NCBI GenBank assembly: GCA_964016885.1
Contig: OZ024743.1
Span: 340,256,001-340,320,000, forward strand
Direction of reading: 5' to 3'
DNA length: 64,000 bases
Source of the DNA: Eledone cirrhosa
Lineage: Eukaryota
The notes under the pieces were generated by a model that worked only from the letters and a program-made list of their open reading frames with translations, searched no databases and was not told the origin of the DNA. This document shows, one piece after another, positions 1 to 12,287 of this stretch. Both the position numbers and the translations under genes were made by a program. Every line of letters starts with the position of its first letter. Positions within the stretch are counted from its first letter, which is position 1.

Positions 1-805
<805 letters not shown>

Positions 806-1304
806 ATTTAAGTTTGTTGGTTCACCACTGGATAGAACCGGTCATTCCGTATGGTCAACCTCGATGTAATATTATGGAGAGCACTCAACGTAATGCAACT
901 CACCCGTCTTCGTTTGTGTAATTGGTGGTGCGAGTACGGATTAATTATTATAAAATAACAGGAGGCTGGACTGGTGTAATTCCTTAAAAGGTTAATATAT
1001 ATATATTTAGTTCAGAAATAGCCGTCGAAACGGCTTGAGCTCTGCCGTCGGGGTCATACTTTTTCCGATATATATATATATATACACAGATGCATTGTAG
1101 GTCGCTTTAACCCGTCTTTTATTATTCAAAAATCTTCTTGCCAATAAACATTAACCCTTTCAGCGCCATTCATCTAACTGTAGACCAACAAATACCAACT
1201 AAACGGAGCGTTGACAAGAACGATGGCGAATGAATCTTCGAGGTAAGCAGTTTCCTCCCGAGCTGTTAGTTCACGCGGGATTCTCTGCTACACCTTTTCG
1301 TAAT

Positions 1305-1492
1305 AATTGTTTCTACTTTTGGCACAAAGCCAGCAATTATTCCAGTACATTACTGGTACTTTATTTTATTGATCCCGTAACGATGAAAGGCAAAGTTAAC
1401 CTCGGCGGGATTTGAACTCAGACCGTAAAGAGCCGTAACTATGCTGCAAAGCATGGTGTCCGACTCTCTACCGATACTGCCAATCCACCGCC
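1305..1492 (-). mobile_element. tRNA-derived SINE (family 1)
   Basis: Minus strand: GGCGGTGGATTGGCAGTATCGGT (A-box-like), GAGTTCAAATCCC (B box), central GCCTTTCATC..GGG.TC.ATAAAATAAAGTACCAG domain, (TTA)n tail. Near-identical copies at 6867, 10560, 54689 and 57073. Confidence 0.85.
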
Positions 1493-1927
1493 AATCCACT
1501 TTTTCTTAATAATACCGAACAACGTACTGCTGGTCACTCCTTCCTCCAAAAGCCGAACAAAGCGGACATGTGCATCGGGTAGATGGATCGGGAGAAATTC
1601 GCAAGGGACTGCACCGAGAGGGATAGAGAGAAAGAGTAACTTAGTGGAAAGAGTGAGAATGAACTTTTGAGGTAAGTAGCCTACGCCTTACTTCTATGAC
1701 ACTGGAACCTTCTGCCAACTTAACCTGTGACTTTCTCTTTCACATTTACTCCAAAAGGGCCAAAACAGAGAAGTATGAAAAGAAGGGGCTCAACAATATT
1801 TCTATGAACAATGCACGTAGACAGCTAAACTGTACTTTCAACTTTCCTGTCGGTATATTTTCGTGAGTTTTTAATAGGCACCCACAAATAAACGTTTCTC
1901 ATTGGAGGTGCTATTACCAATGTTCTT

Positions 1928-1956
1928 ACCCGTGCAACGCCGGGATACACTGCTAG
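1928..1956 (+). mobile_element. Helitron-type 3' terminus (GC hairpin + CTAG)
   Basis: ACCCGTGCAACGCCGGG hairpin followed about 8 nt later by CTAG; the 5' end of the element was not located. Confidence 0.5.
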
Positions 1957-1959
1957 GAT

Positions 1960-3520
1960 ATTACAAAAATAGAAAAAAAGATTTTTGACCTTCGGAAAAC
2001 TATAGGATATGAGACAATGTTCTCCTCATGCAAACAAAAACACAAAAACTATACTCCTCCTTCGATACCAGATGAGGCTGGTTGAAAGAATAATAATTGA
2101 TAAAAGATTCAGCCGAAACTAAACATCAGCCTATAGAGATTTGAGGGGTAAAGCAACAAATGTCACTGAGGCCCCATCCCAGAAAGACATAGATTCTTTC
2201 TGGAGAAAAATATGGGGTGCGGAAAAGAACTTCAATCAAGATGTAGTGTGGTTGAAAAAGATAGAGACGGACTATTACCCCAGCACTACAACAAAAACAT
2301 GCAGCATCAATGACAATACCCTTGAGACTGCAATAAGAAAACTCTACGATGAGAAAACACCAGGAAGAGATTTAATTGCCAGCTATATATACTTGCAGTG
2401 AACCCTTTATCCTTTAAGATCAGGAAATCTTAAGCTTTTGTAAACGGAATACAGACATTTCAACACATACCCTCTTTGCGCTTGACCTGAAAATATATTC
2501 CAAAAATAGGAATGGCATGAAGAGGGTCTTAGCCTGGTTATGACATTCTCAAATGATACAGGTATAGATTTTGGCCAAGTTAAATGTTCCTATCTAATTA
2601 TGAAATACTGCAAACCAGTCTAATTATATCTCCATCAATGGCCTGGCTATTTTACAAATATCCAACGACGAAAGCTACGGATGCCGAAGGATGGCTGAAA
2701 ATAAAACGGATAGCACTTGTAGTAAGGAACGCGTTACAAAGGAGTATACAGTCTGAAAAAAAAAAAAATATATATATATATAGTCCTCAGAGTTCTCTGC
2801 ATACAATGAACCAGTGGTTCTCAGCGTGTTTTCTGTACCAAAAATCGTTCCGACATTAGGGAGTCTCGGATGGATATTAAACGATATCTCAGCCATTAGT
2901 AATAAAATCCGAATGTTATTAACCAAAATGAGAATTTCTTTAACCAATATAGATATCAGCTATTTCTACTTAAAACGAAAATACGGTGGCAGAGATATAA
3001 AAACGAATCAACACATCATACCCTTTCAACAAAATTTAGCAGCCAAGTGTCGAAGTGCGCCCATGGATATCTCAGGCAAATAGCTTCATTAGAGTTCGAT
3101 ATGAGCTCCTCGGAGAGTATTTGCTGACATATTACTAGGGTCACTCACATACACACACACAAATAAGGAAGGTGTACTGCCCTACCCCAGCAGAACATCT
3201 GACAAATAGAACATCAGTCTTTGTTTTGTGGAGGCTTCAGAGTAACAGTAACATAGATAACTAAAGTAGTCTGTTTTGGACCAACGACCGGTATATTATC
3301 TCTGGCTTTGATGGATATGTTTTTGGAATAGGACACGAAATAACAACAAAATACCTGGTTCACAAAAGACGGATAGAGATACCTAGAAGCGACAACTGAT
3401 GTAAATTATGTGGAATTAACATCGAACGTATTGTATAACCACTATCATAAGCAGCTGTCCGAAAATATCAAGATATTATTATCTATGAAGCATACTGTCA
3501 TCGCCAAAACGAAAAACTAT
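1960..3520 (+). mobile_element. Highly degenerate, internally deleted R4/Dong-clade non-LTR element
   Basis: ORF bits IDSFWRKIWG..KTPGRDLI and YLKRKYGGR match the element at 12288-16372; many stops and deletions. Confidence 0.75.
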
Positions 3521-3659
3521 GACAGATATAAATATATAATGTAGATTACATGACATACTCACTCATTATATGAAAGTGTATTTGAAAAATATTATTGTAA
3601 TATTGCATTACTACAGAATGTTGACCTATCAGACCATGAAAAATTGTTTAGGACCAAAA

Positions 3660-4255
3660 CCAAGTTTCACCGTGCAGAAGTGGTCAGGCGGAGTCTTGTC
3701 ACTATATTCTTTAATGATATATTCTTTAGTGATCTGCTGTCATTGATGAAATTGGATGCTAGGTGCATCAAGTTGTCCATTTCTTCAAGTTTTTTCTCCG
3801 TTCAGCATGACTATTAACCAGAATCTTGTTCTTTTCTGAGTTGAGCTCCATTCCGTATATTCACTTTCCAGTTTGGTAGTAAGCTCCTATAGTACTGCTT
3901 CACTGCTTCCTAACAGATCAATATCATCATCAAAGCGCAAGTTGGAAATGGGTCGTCCTCCAATGGAAACAGATATGTGGAAATCTTGGGGTGGCTCTTG
4001 CATGATGTTCTCCAGGAAGATGTTGAAAAGCACTGAAAAGAGGAGACATCCTTGTCGAACTCCAAATGCTATCCTGTAGAATTCTCCGATGTGGTTATTC
4101 AACAGAACTGCACTGTCTGAATTTTCGTGCAGTGCTTGGATTACTTGAATGAGATTGCTGTCGAAGTTGTCATGCTTCATCATTTGCCATGATGCCTCGT
4201 GCCAAATATGGTCAAGGATCTTTCTGACGTCGATTTAGTTGTGGTAGAGGTCAGA
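3660..4255 (-). mobile_element. RTE-clade LINE RT fragment (degenerate)
   Basis: ORF 3887-4183: GVRQGCLL.SVLFNIFLENIM..ISNLRFDDDIDL (RT domains 4-5, RTE-like). Confidence 0.8.
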
Positions 4256-4394
4256 TGTTTCTCGGTTAGGAAAAAGCTGACCCTAGTTTTCACACTGATC
4301 CCACACAGGAACTCGAGAAAAACGATGTGGCATGTCCCCAGTAGCAGAAATAACAACTAAATTTACTTCATCTTCGCACCTCAAAAGTTCAAGT

Positions 4395-5040
4395 CAAGTA
4401 TCAATAAGGCCAGAACTAGAACCTTCCCTTATGCGGATGTCAACAGGGATCATGATTTGTTTCTGATAACACCGACGCTTAAGCTGAAAAAGATATGTAA
4501 GAAAGGAGCCGCACGTATTATATGTAAACAAACTAAAAGATTCCAAACTTGGAGTAATGTTTGAAGCAAACATAGGCGGCAGGTTTGCAGCCCTCAACCT
4601 TCTGGATATAAACTTCCTGACCGATATCAAGAAAGCCTTTCATGTAACAGCTCCAAAAGGGAAAATAGACTATGCATCACTAATGACATCTTGGACCTAT
4701 GTGATTTAAGACGGGGTGTGAGGAAGACCAAACTAACTGTTCAGGAGGCATGGCAGCAATACAACGCTATGAATAGGAAGGTCAGCAAGAAAATATCGGA
4801 AACCAAAAAGAAGTTAATAAAAGGCCAGTGCACAAACATTGAAGCTGATATTAAAAAGGGCAACAGCAAGGCCGCATATGAAACCCTCAAAAGATTAACG
4901 AAAAGAAAGCAACACATTAAAGACAAAACAAGCTTGCTCCTCACAGACGAGTCTGATGTCATCAGATGATGGTGTGAGTATTACGAAGACCTTTATAACA
5001 ACAAACTCAGACATGATATCAATATCCTGGATAATTCTAC
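4395..5040 (+). mobile_element. RTE-clade LINE fragment (end of APE endonuclease + linker), inverted relative to 3660-4255
   Basis: Translates as RTFPYADVNRDHDL (EN C-terminal motif), IGGRFAALN, NSKAAYETLKRLT and WCEYYEDLYN. Confidence 0.65.
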
Positions 5041-5044
5041 CAAC

Positions 5045-5620
5045 AATGAGATAGCTACAAAATACCTAGTAAACAAATGGCACTGTAAAGCCTTTCAGCC
5101 TCCAAAATGCAACTGAAAATATCCATTATGTCTCATCTCAGATCAGTAACTACCTAAATATGTTATCAAGTAACGACATTTTCATGTATACAGCTTAAAC
5201 AATATACTATGCTATCTTCAGAAAAGACTACTCTGGAACAAATAAATATGAAATATATATTCCTAATGCTAAGTACACACATACGTTCAAGCACAAGCAA
5301 CATTAATACAACTTCCCCCTCAAAGCCTCTGTCATATACAAATATAACAAGCCTAATATAGTTGTTTGTGATAGAAAAGAAAAATTGCGTACAGTTATAG
5401 AGAACTATTACTCTGCAGATGTGAACAAGTCTTCAAAGTCATCGATAAAGAAAATATTCACATTTGTAAGCCTACGTGTCAGTGGAGTTATGTTACTAAA
5501 TATATAAGTGGTGATATTGGAAAGCTGGTATTTCAAGTAAAGTGACCAGTTAATACTCATTTTGCAAATACACTATGCAAGTAGAAATATGCAACCTCTT
5601 TTTGAAGTTCAACGAGCAAA
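5045..5620 (+). mobile_element. Degenerate R4-like RLE C-terminal remnant
   Basis: KPNIVVCDRKEK..TVIE..SADVN resembles the RPD(I)..D..E(I)SCP(D/A)DVN RLE motif of neighbouring copies. Confidence 0.55.
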
Positions 5621-6682
5621 TCTTCACTAAATTCCAGATTTGCTGAGCTTTTTTTCTTTATTTAAAAAATAGATCCTTCTTTACTGGAAGAAACCAAATA
5701 AATTAATACATGAAAGGTAATACACATTAACATATATAAGGGCTAATCCACTAGCATACTTTAAAATATATCACAATGTTTTCGCTGTTGTTCTTTAGCC
5801 CACGTTGACTCTGATCCTGTAGATCTATGGTCAAAGGTATTCCATCCATGACTACATGACTACTTCATTATAATAGGATATACTCAGAATCACACCATCT
5901 GTTGTATCTTTAATTAATTTAGAATTTGAGGACGATTTGGCTCCTATTTAGCGTGTCGAGATCCACGTACAAGCTCCTTCATTGAGCTTGAAAATAATAC
6001 AATATATTATATCAATGAAATAGATACGGTTTTCATGTGAAAAATATTCATGAAACCAAGCTTTTCTTTGATATATCATTGAACGAAGATATATTGCAAT
6101 GGAGATAACACTTTACTATCATTTCCTTTCATTTCAGATATAGAATATCTAAAAGAAATATGTCTGGGAAAATATATCTGAAGAAATGCAGCAATTCAAT
6201 GATTTAGTTAGTTATTGAAAATATCATAAGAATTGTTAGAAAAACTATATTCTGTTTTAGAGGTCAGCTGTCCTGTGGATATAAACATTTCTTTTAAAAC
6301 TAGCCAGGATAAGATGTTTGTGGACAATTACTTTTACAAGAACAAGTTCTCAAACTAGATAAGAAATGTACATTTCTGCCTACAATCATTAATAGACTTC
6401 GTTATGTTACAAACGGTCTACGTCGGATAGATTTTAACTTTCTTCCCCTCGATGCCGATAAAAAAAGTACCTGTCCGGTATTGGGAGTCGATTCTTCCTC
6501 TTTATATTTTTCTTACTTTCTGTCTATCATTCCCTCTCTTTCTCTGGAAGAAATCGACTGCGTTCAGACCTGTGGAAGGGATGGTCTCTGCCAGATTTAA
6601 AATGCCCAAGAATGGCCGTATGTCACTACGGCCTCCCTACAGCTCCACCAGGAGTTATACGGATCCATATATATATATATGT

Positions 6683-6742
<60 letters not shown>

Positions 6743-6866
6743 AAAATGTAAACAGAAATAACAAAGCAAACGACACAGTATGAAGAAATATATTGGTTTA
6801 ACACTTGATATAGTAGGAAAAGAGTCTTTTCGTTTCGGACACTAGTTCTTCCTCAGAAGATATAAT

Positions 6867-7052
6867 TGTTTCTACTTTTGGCACAAGGCCAGCAATTATC
6901 CCAGTGCATTACTGGTACTTTATTTTATCAACCCCGTAAGGATGAAAGGCAAAGTTAACCTCGGCGGGATTTGAACTCAGAATAGCAAGGGCCGTAACTC
7001 TATGCGTCAAGGCATGGCGTCCGACCCTCTACCGATACTGCCAATCCACCAC
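6867..7052 (-). mobile_element. tRNA-derived SINE (family 1) with 16-bp TSD
   Basis: TSD CCTCAGAAGATATAAT at 6851-6866 and 7053-7068; A and B boxes on the minus strand. Confidence 0.9.
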
Positions 7053-7246
7053 CCTCAGAAGATATAATGAATGAGAAGAAGACGCGACGGGAAAAATATA
7101 TGAGAAAAAAACGCATGCGTGTATTCAGTCAGCCATTTTGGGAAAACGCTGTTCAGTTGGTATCTTAGGTATTAGATAGGTTTATAAAGGGAGGTAATCA
7201 TTGTATATTTTGAGTAGACATGTGTATGCGTGCATGTGTGTGTGCG

Positions 7247-7336
<90 letters not shown>

Positions 7337-7543
7337 CATGTAGGTTAGTTCATTTGTTTGTGCAATGGTTTGAAGGATGCGCGTTGAACCGTGACGGAGC
7401 TGGTGGCTGTGAGATGTTGAGGTGTCAGTGAACACAAGCATGTGAACTGACCAGCGTAGGGGCTATACAGCTATGTATATGAAATTTTGCGTATACATAC
7501 ATATAGAAGCAGTCGCAAGGGGCTGGAGACAAATATGATATAG

Positions 7544-8967
7544 GTCCTAACACCAACGTTTGGAATACTCGATTGGACGATAGACGAAATCCTAGCAATT
7601 GATGTTAAAACTCGAAAAATTCTAAACATCACCGGAAACTTCCACATCAACAGTGACAGAGACCACCTTTACTTGAAACGTAAGCAGGGAGGCAGAGGGC
7701 TAACATCAGTTCAGACAGCATTTGAATGTCGCATCATATCCCTCCGACATCTACGAACCTCGAAACGTAGGAGCCCATGTATCGAGCAAGTCTGTCTGCA
7801 TGAAACAGATAAGATCATGAGAGTTGGGAAGGAGCTCCTTGAAAGATATTCCCTGCATGATAATCAAAAACTCACACCCAGGTAAATTATCCAACAATAC
7901 TGCAGTGAATCCATGAATGAAGACCTGCATACTTATCAGCAAAAAGTCATGCATGGATATGTTGCCATGAAGTTCTAGAGTGAGAGTAATATAGATAAAG
8001 AAAGTAGTTTATCTTGGACCAACAACCGCTATATTGGTTCCCATTTTAAAGGATATCCTTTTGCAATTCAAGAACAGAAAATCAACACAAAATACCTGAT
8101 TCACAAAAGAGACAGGGATACAGGCAAAACACCTAGATGTCACAATAAATGCAGACTCTGCAGAATTAACATCGAAGATGTCACCCATGTCATAAGCAGC
8201 TGTCCAAAGATGTCATCACGGTACAATCTACCAATGAGGCATGATGTAGTGGCCAAAACACTGTACAATGCAATTAATAGAAAAGACAATAAACATATTA
8301 ATAGCTAAAGCAATGTGGAAGACATACACATACATAATATGAAAGAGTACTGGTTGAATGGTCCAGTAAAAACCTCAATAAAATGCAGGCATAACAGACC
8401 AGATATAATATGGGACAGGGGAAAAGAAGGGATGCACGGTAGTGGAAGTTAGCTGCCCAGCAGATGCCAATATAATATCAAAGATTAGCGAAAAGGAGAA
8501 TATCTATGCAGAACTAATGAGAAATCTATAGATACTCCACCCTGACTATACCTTCAGATTTATGACTGTGGTTGTTTGGGCACTGGGATATGTTAGTAAC
8601 TGCCTCAATACAAATCTTGAGAAGCTAGGCTTCACAAAAAAGAAAGTACACGACTAGTTAGAAAATTACAAGTTCAATCCATTAATGGAACACTAAAAAT
8701 ATTTAAAACATTCCAAATATTTTGCATCTAATAACTGCATATACACATGTACAGATACAAAGCATATACACATGTACACATACAACTCAAAACATACACA
8801 TCCACACATACAATAACATCCATATCTACACATGCATGCATGCAGACATGCATACATATCTACCTAGTTGATGTTGTGTAAATTCCAATGAGAGAGTCTT
8901 GTATCTATGTTAGAAACCGGCTCTCTCTCTATTAGCAAACATTTGTGAAATTATAAAACCAGAAGAA
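7544..8967 (+). mobile_element. 5'-truncated R4/Dong-clade RLE LINE (same family as 12288-16372)
   Basis: YLKRKQGGRGL, CRLC..EDVTHVISSC, RHD, NRPDI..EVSCP; 3' end AAACCAGAAGAA runs directly into (TACA)n. Confidence 0.9.
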
Positions 8968-9137
8968 CATACATGCATACATAAATACATGCATACAAAC
9001 ATACATACATACAAACAAACAAACATACATACATACATACATAAATACATCCATACAAACATACATGCATACAAACAAACATACATACGTACGTACATAC
9101 ATACATACATACATACATACATACATACATACATACT
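8968..9137. repeat. (TACA)n microsatellite between two R4 copies
   Basis: Read directly. Confidence 0.95.
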
Positions 9138-9965
9138 TGAGGCGTAAAACACAGACCATAGAGGGGATAAACCACTCAAAAAGCCTGGCATGGAGTTCCG
9201 ACAAGTTTATGACATCACACCTTAAGGGATATCTCTATGCAATACAGGAACAAGAACTCCCTACCAAATATCTGCTGCACAAAAGAGGAGGGCCAGCAGC
9301 TGACAATAAATGTAGGCTATGTAAAACGAAGATCGAGGATGTAAGCCACATTGTTGCCAGCTGCGAAAGAATGTCATCTCGCTAATACCTCCCCATGAGA
9401 CACGATGGGATAGCTAGAACCATCTGGAATGCACTTCAGAAAACAAAATTAACAACAAACGAGGAAGAATATATTGAGACACATGGCACTAAGGAATACT
9501 GGTGGAACCTGAAAATAAAAACTGCCACCAAATTAAAGCACAACCGGCCTGATATTGTTGTTTGGGACCACACATTGAAAACGTGTTCTGTTGCGGAGAT
9601 CAGCTGCCCACTTGATGTAAACGTTGTCAGAAAAATACAGGAGAGGGAGGATATTTACGGACCATTGAGGAGGAGTTTACAAATCCAGTATCCAAGATAC
9701 ACCTTTAGCTTCATACCCATCATTATTGGAGCTACGGGTTATATACCAACCCGCTTGGACCAAAGTATGACTGAACTTGGATTTGCGGACAAAAAGCGCA
9801 GCTCCCTAATTCATAGTCTACAAATGGCTGCGATAGCTGGCACCTTCAAAATTTGCAAAACATTCTTGCGATTCAAGGGATGACAATTTCTTTTCTTTTA
9901 CAACCTTGCCACCAGGAAGGTGGCCCGTAAAAAAAAATATACTCGAAATTAAGTGAAAGAGATAA
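9138..9965 (+). mobile_element. 5'-truncated R4/Dong-clade RLE LINE, second subfamily
   Basis: AIQEQE, CRLC..EDVSHIVASC, RHD, HNRPDIVVWD..EISCP (PD..D/E RLE); flanked on both sides by (TACA)n. Confidence 0.9.
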
Positions 9966-10018
9966 CATACATACATACATACATACATACATACATACAT
10001 ACATACATACATACATAC

Positions 10019-10058
10019 ATGATGGCTGCCCCCTCGTTATCGAGTATGGCCATTGCAC
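10019..10058 (-). mobile_element. Isolated 3' tail of the RTE-derived family seen at 16431 and 17117
   Basis: Reverse complement TGGCCATACTCGATAACGAGGGGGCAGCCATCAT+(GTAT)n versus TGGCCGTACTCGAAAACGAGTTGGCAGCCACCAT+(GTAT)n at 17006-17039. Confidence 0.75.
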
Positions 10059-10268
10059 AAGAAAAAAAAAAAAAAAAAAAAATAATAATGATAATAATGA
10101 TTTCATTTATTAGCCACAAGGGCCGACATGTAGGGGACAATACAAAGACAGGGACAGTGGGGGTTCACAATAAGGTCGAGTAAAAGTGCACAATGGCAAA
10201 ACTAATTTAACAATGAAAATATAAAAATATAAAATAAACTATGCAAAATATAACAAAATACTTTCCCC

Positions 10269-10315
<47 letters not shown>

Positions 10316-10334
10316 AAAATAAAAAAAAAGAAAT

Positions 10335-10365
<31 letters not shown>

Positions 10366-10559
10366 CATACATACATATATACATACACACATACATACAC
10401 ATACACACACACATATACACACACACATACATTAATAACAATAATAATAATAATAATAATAGCAATAATAATAATAACGACAACAACAATATTAATATAC
10501 ATATTCATATATATACACACACACGCACGCACATAAGCATATCTACACATACACACACA

Positions 10560-10746
10560 ATAATTATTTCTACTTTTGGCACAAAGCCAGCAATTACCCA
10601 GTCCATTACTGGTACTTTATTTTATCGACCCCGTAAGGATGAAAGGCAAAGTTAACCTCGGCGGGATTTGAACTCAGATCGTAAAGGGACGTAACTATGC
10701 TGGAAAGCCTGTCCGACCCTCTACCGATACTGCCAATTCACCGCCC
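10560..10746 (-). mobile_element. tRNA-derived SINE (family 1)
   Basis: Same sequence as 1305-1492. Confidence 0.85.
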
Positions 10747-10759
10747 TCATTAATGTAAT

Positions 10760-10921
10760 AATGGTTTCTCATTTAGGCACAAGGCCAACAATTTTTTGGG
10801 GAAGGGTAAGTATGAAAGGCAAAGCTAAACTCGGGGGAGATTGAACTCAGAACGTAAAGGGCCGTAACTATATGCCGAGAAGCATGTCTGATGCTCTACC
10901 GATACTGTCAATCCCCCGCCC
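10760..10921 (-). mobile_element. tRNA-derived SINE (family 1, older variant), tandem with the previous copy
   Basis: Shares GGCACAAGGCC, ATGAAAGGCAAAG, TTGAACTCAG and CTACCGATACTG. Confidence 0.75.
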
Positions 10922-11689
10922 TTAATGTAATAGCGTCCACTGATTGTTCAAATAGTTCACTACAAATATTAATTATTTCTCCTCCAGTGACTAAATTAGT
11001 GATGGTGATGGTTGTGTTGGTGGCTGTAGCAAAAGTATAGTAGTTAAAGTAAGGAAAGTGTATAAATTCAGAGATGTGTTAGATAATTTGGTAACAAAGG
11101 GTTTCTTTCTCTGGAAACAAAGAAGCATATACATAAAACGACTTTTGGTGTGCAATAGAGGAGCATAAGAAATGATTGAAGAAGATCTGCAGAAGCAGAA
11201 GAAAAATGGGTTAAGAACGATCCGATTGAAAATAGAGTGATAACTATCACGAAGAAGAAAAAATACTATATTTCTAAATATTTCTCAGAAAATGTAATTC
11301 ACAGGAAAGAAAGATATTATCAAATATACATTTACCAAACAATCAATCATTGTTTATACAGTGACATAATGATATAAAACTTATCATCTTTTATAAACTA
11401 TAATGTAGATTAAAAAAGAAAGAACAAGAACAGCAAAAGCAACTAATTTTGATGAGATATCAGAATGATAGATTTTTACCGCCACAACTGAGAAAAATCA
11501 ATTTTACTCCTAGCTATCGAGAGACGCTCTCTACCATCTTGCATGATCTACAAGTAATAACAAACACATTTCTCTTAAATTCTTCTTAAATGAAAAACAA
11601 TACACTGGAGAAAGTAATCCTGGAGTTACAGAAAGCTAGGTTGGTCACACATAGAGTGGTTCGATCAGGGCTGATCTGGGCTAAACACA

Positions 11690-12135
11690 TACCGCCGCCA
11701 CCACCACCACCAGCACCACCATCACAACCACCAGCACCAGCACCATCATCAGCACCAGCACCACAGCCACCACCAGCATCACCACCAGCACCTCCACCAC
11801 CACCAGCACCACCAGCACCACCACCACCAGCACCACCACCGCCACCGCCATCGCCACCAGCACCAGCAACAGCACCACCACCACCACCACCAGCACCAGC
11901 ACCACCAGCACCACCACCACCAGCACCACCACCACCGCCACCACCACCGCCACCAGCACCAGCACCAGCAACAGCACCAGCACCACCACCACCACCACCA
12001 CTACCACCAGCACCAGCACCAGCACCAGCATGACCAGCATCACCAGCACCCCCCCCCCCCCCCCCCACAGCCACCACCACCACCACCACAGCCACCATCA
12101 CCACCACCACCTACACCAACAACAACAACAACACA
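11690..12135. repeat. (CCA/GCA)n trinucleotide low-complexity tract
   Basis: CCA/CCAGCA repeats; produces spurious Pro/Ala and Gly/Ala ORFs. Confidence 0.9.
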
Positions 12136-12136
12136 C

Positions 12137-12217
12137 ATTGTATTGAGGCAGTTACTAACATATCCCAGTGCCCCAATAATCACAGGCATAAATCTGAAGG
12201 TGTAATCAGGGTGGAGT
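12137..12217 (-). mobile_element. Short R4 fragment (paralog of about 12629-12709)
   Basis: ILHPDYTFRFMPVIIGALGYVSNCLNT; starts immediately after (TACA)n on its coding strand. Confidence 0.8.
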
Positions 12218-12287
12218 ATGTATGTATGTATGTATGTATGTATGTATGTATGTATGTATGTATGTATGTATGTATGTACGTATGTAT

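Noticed and set aside
11586-12110. Pro-rich and Gly-rich ORFs (formin- or extensin-like)
   Set aside because: Pure (CCA/GCA)n repeat open on both strands; no splice or domain context.
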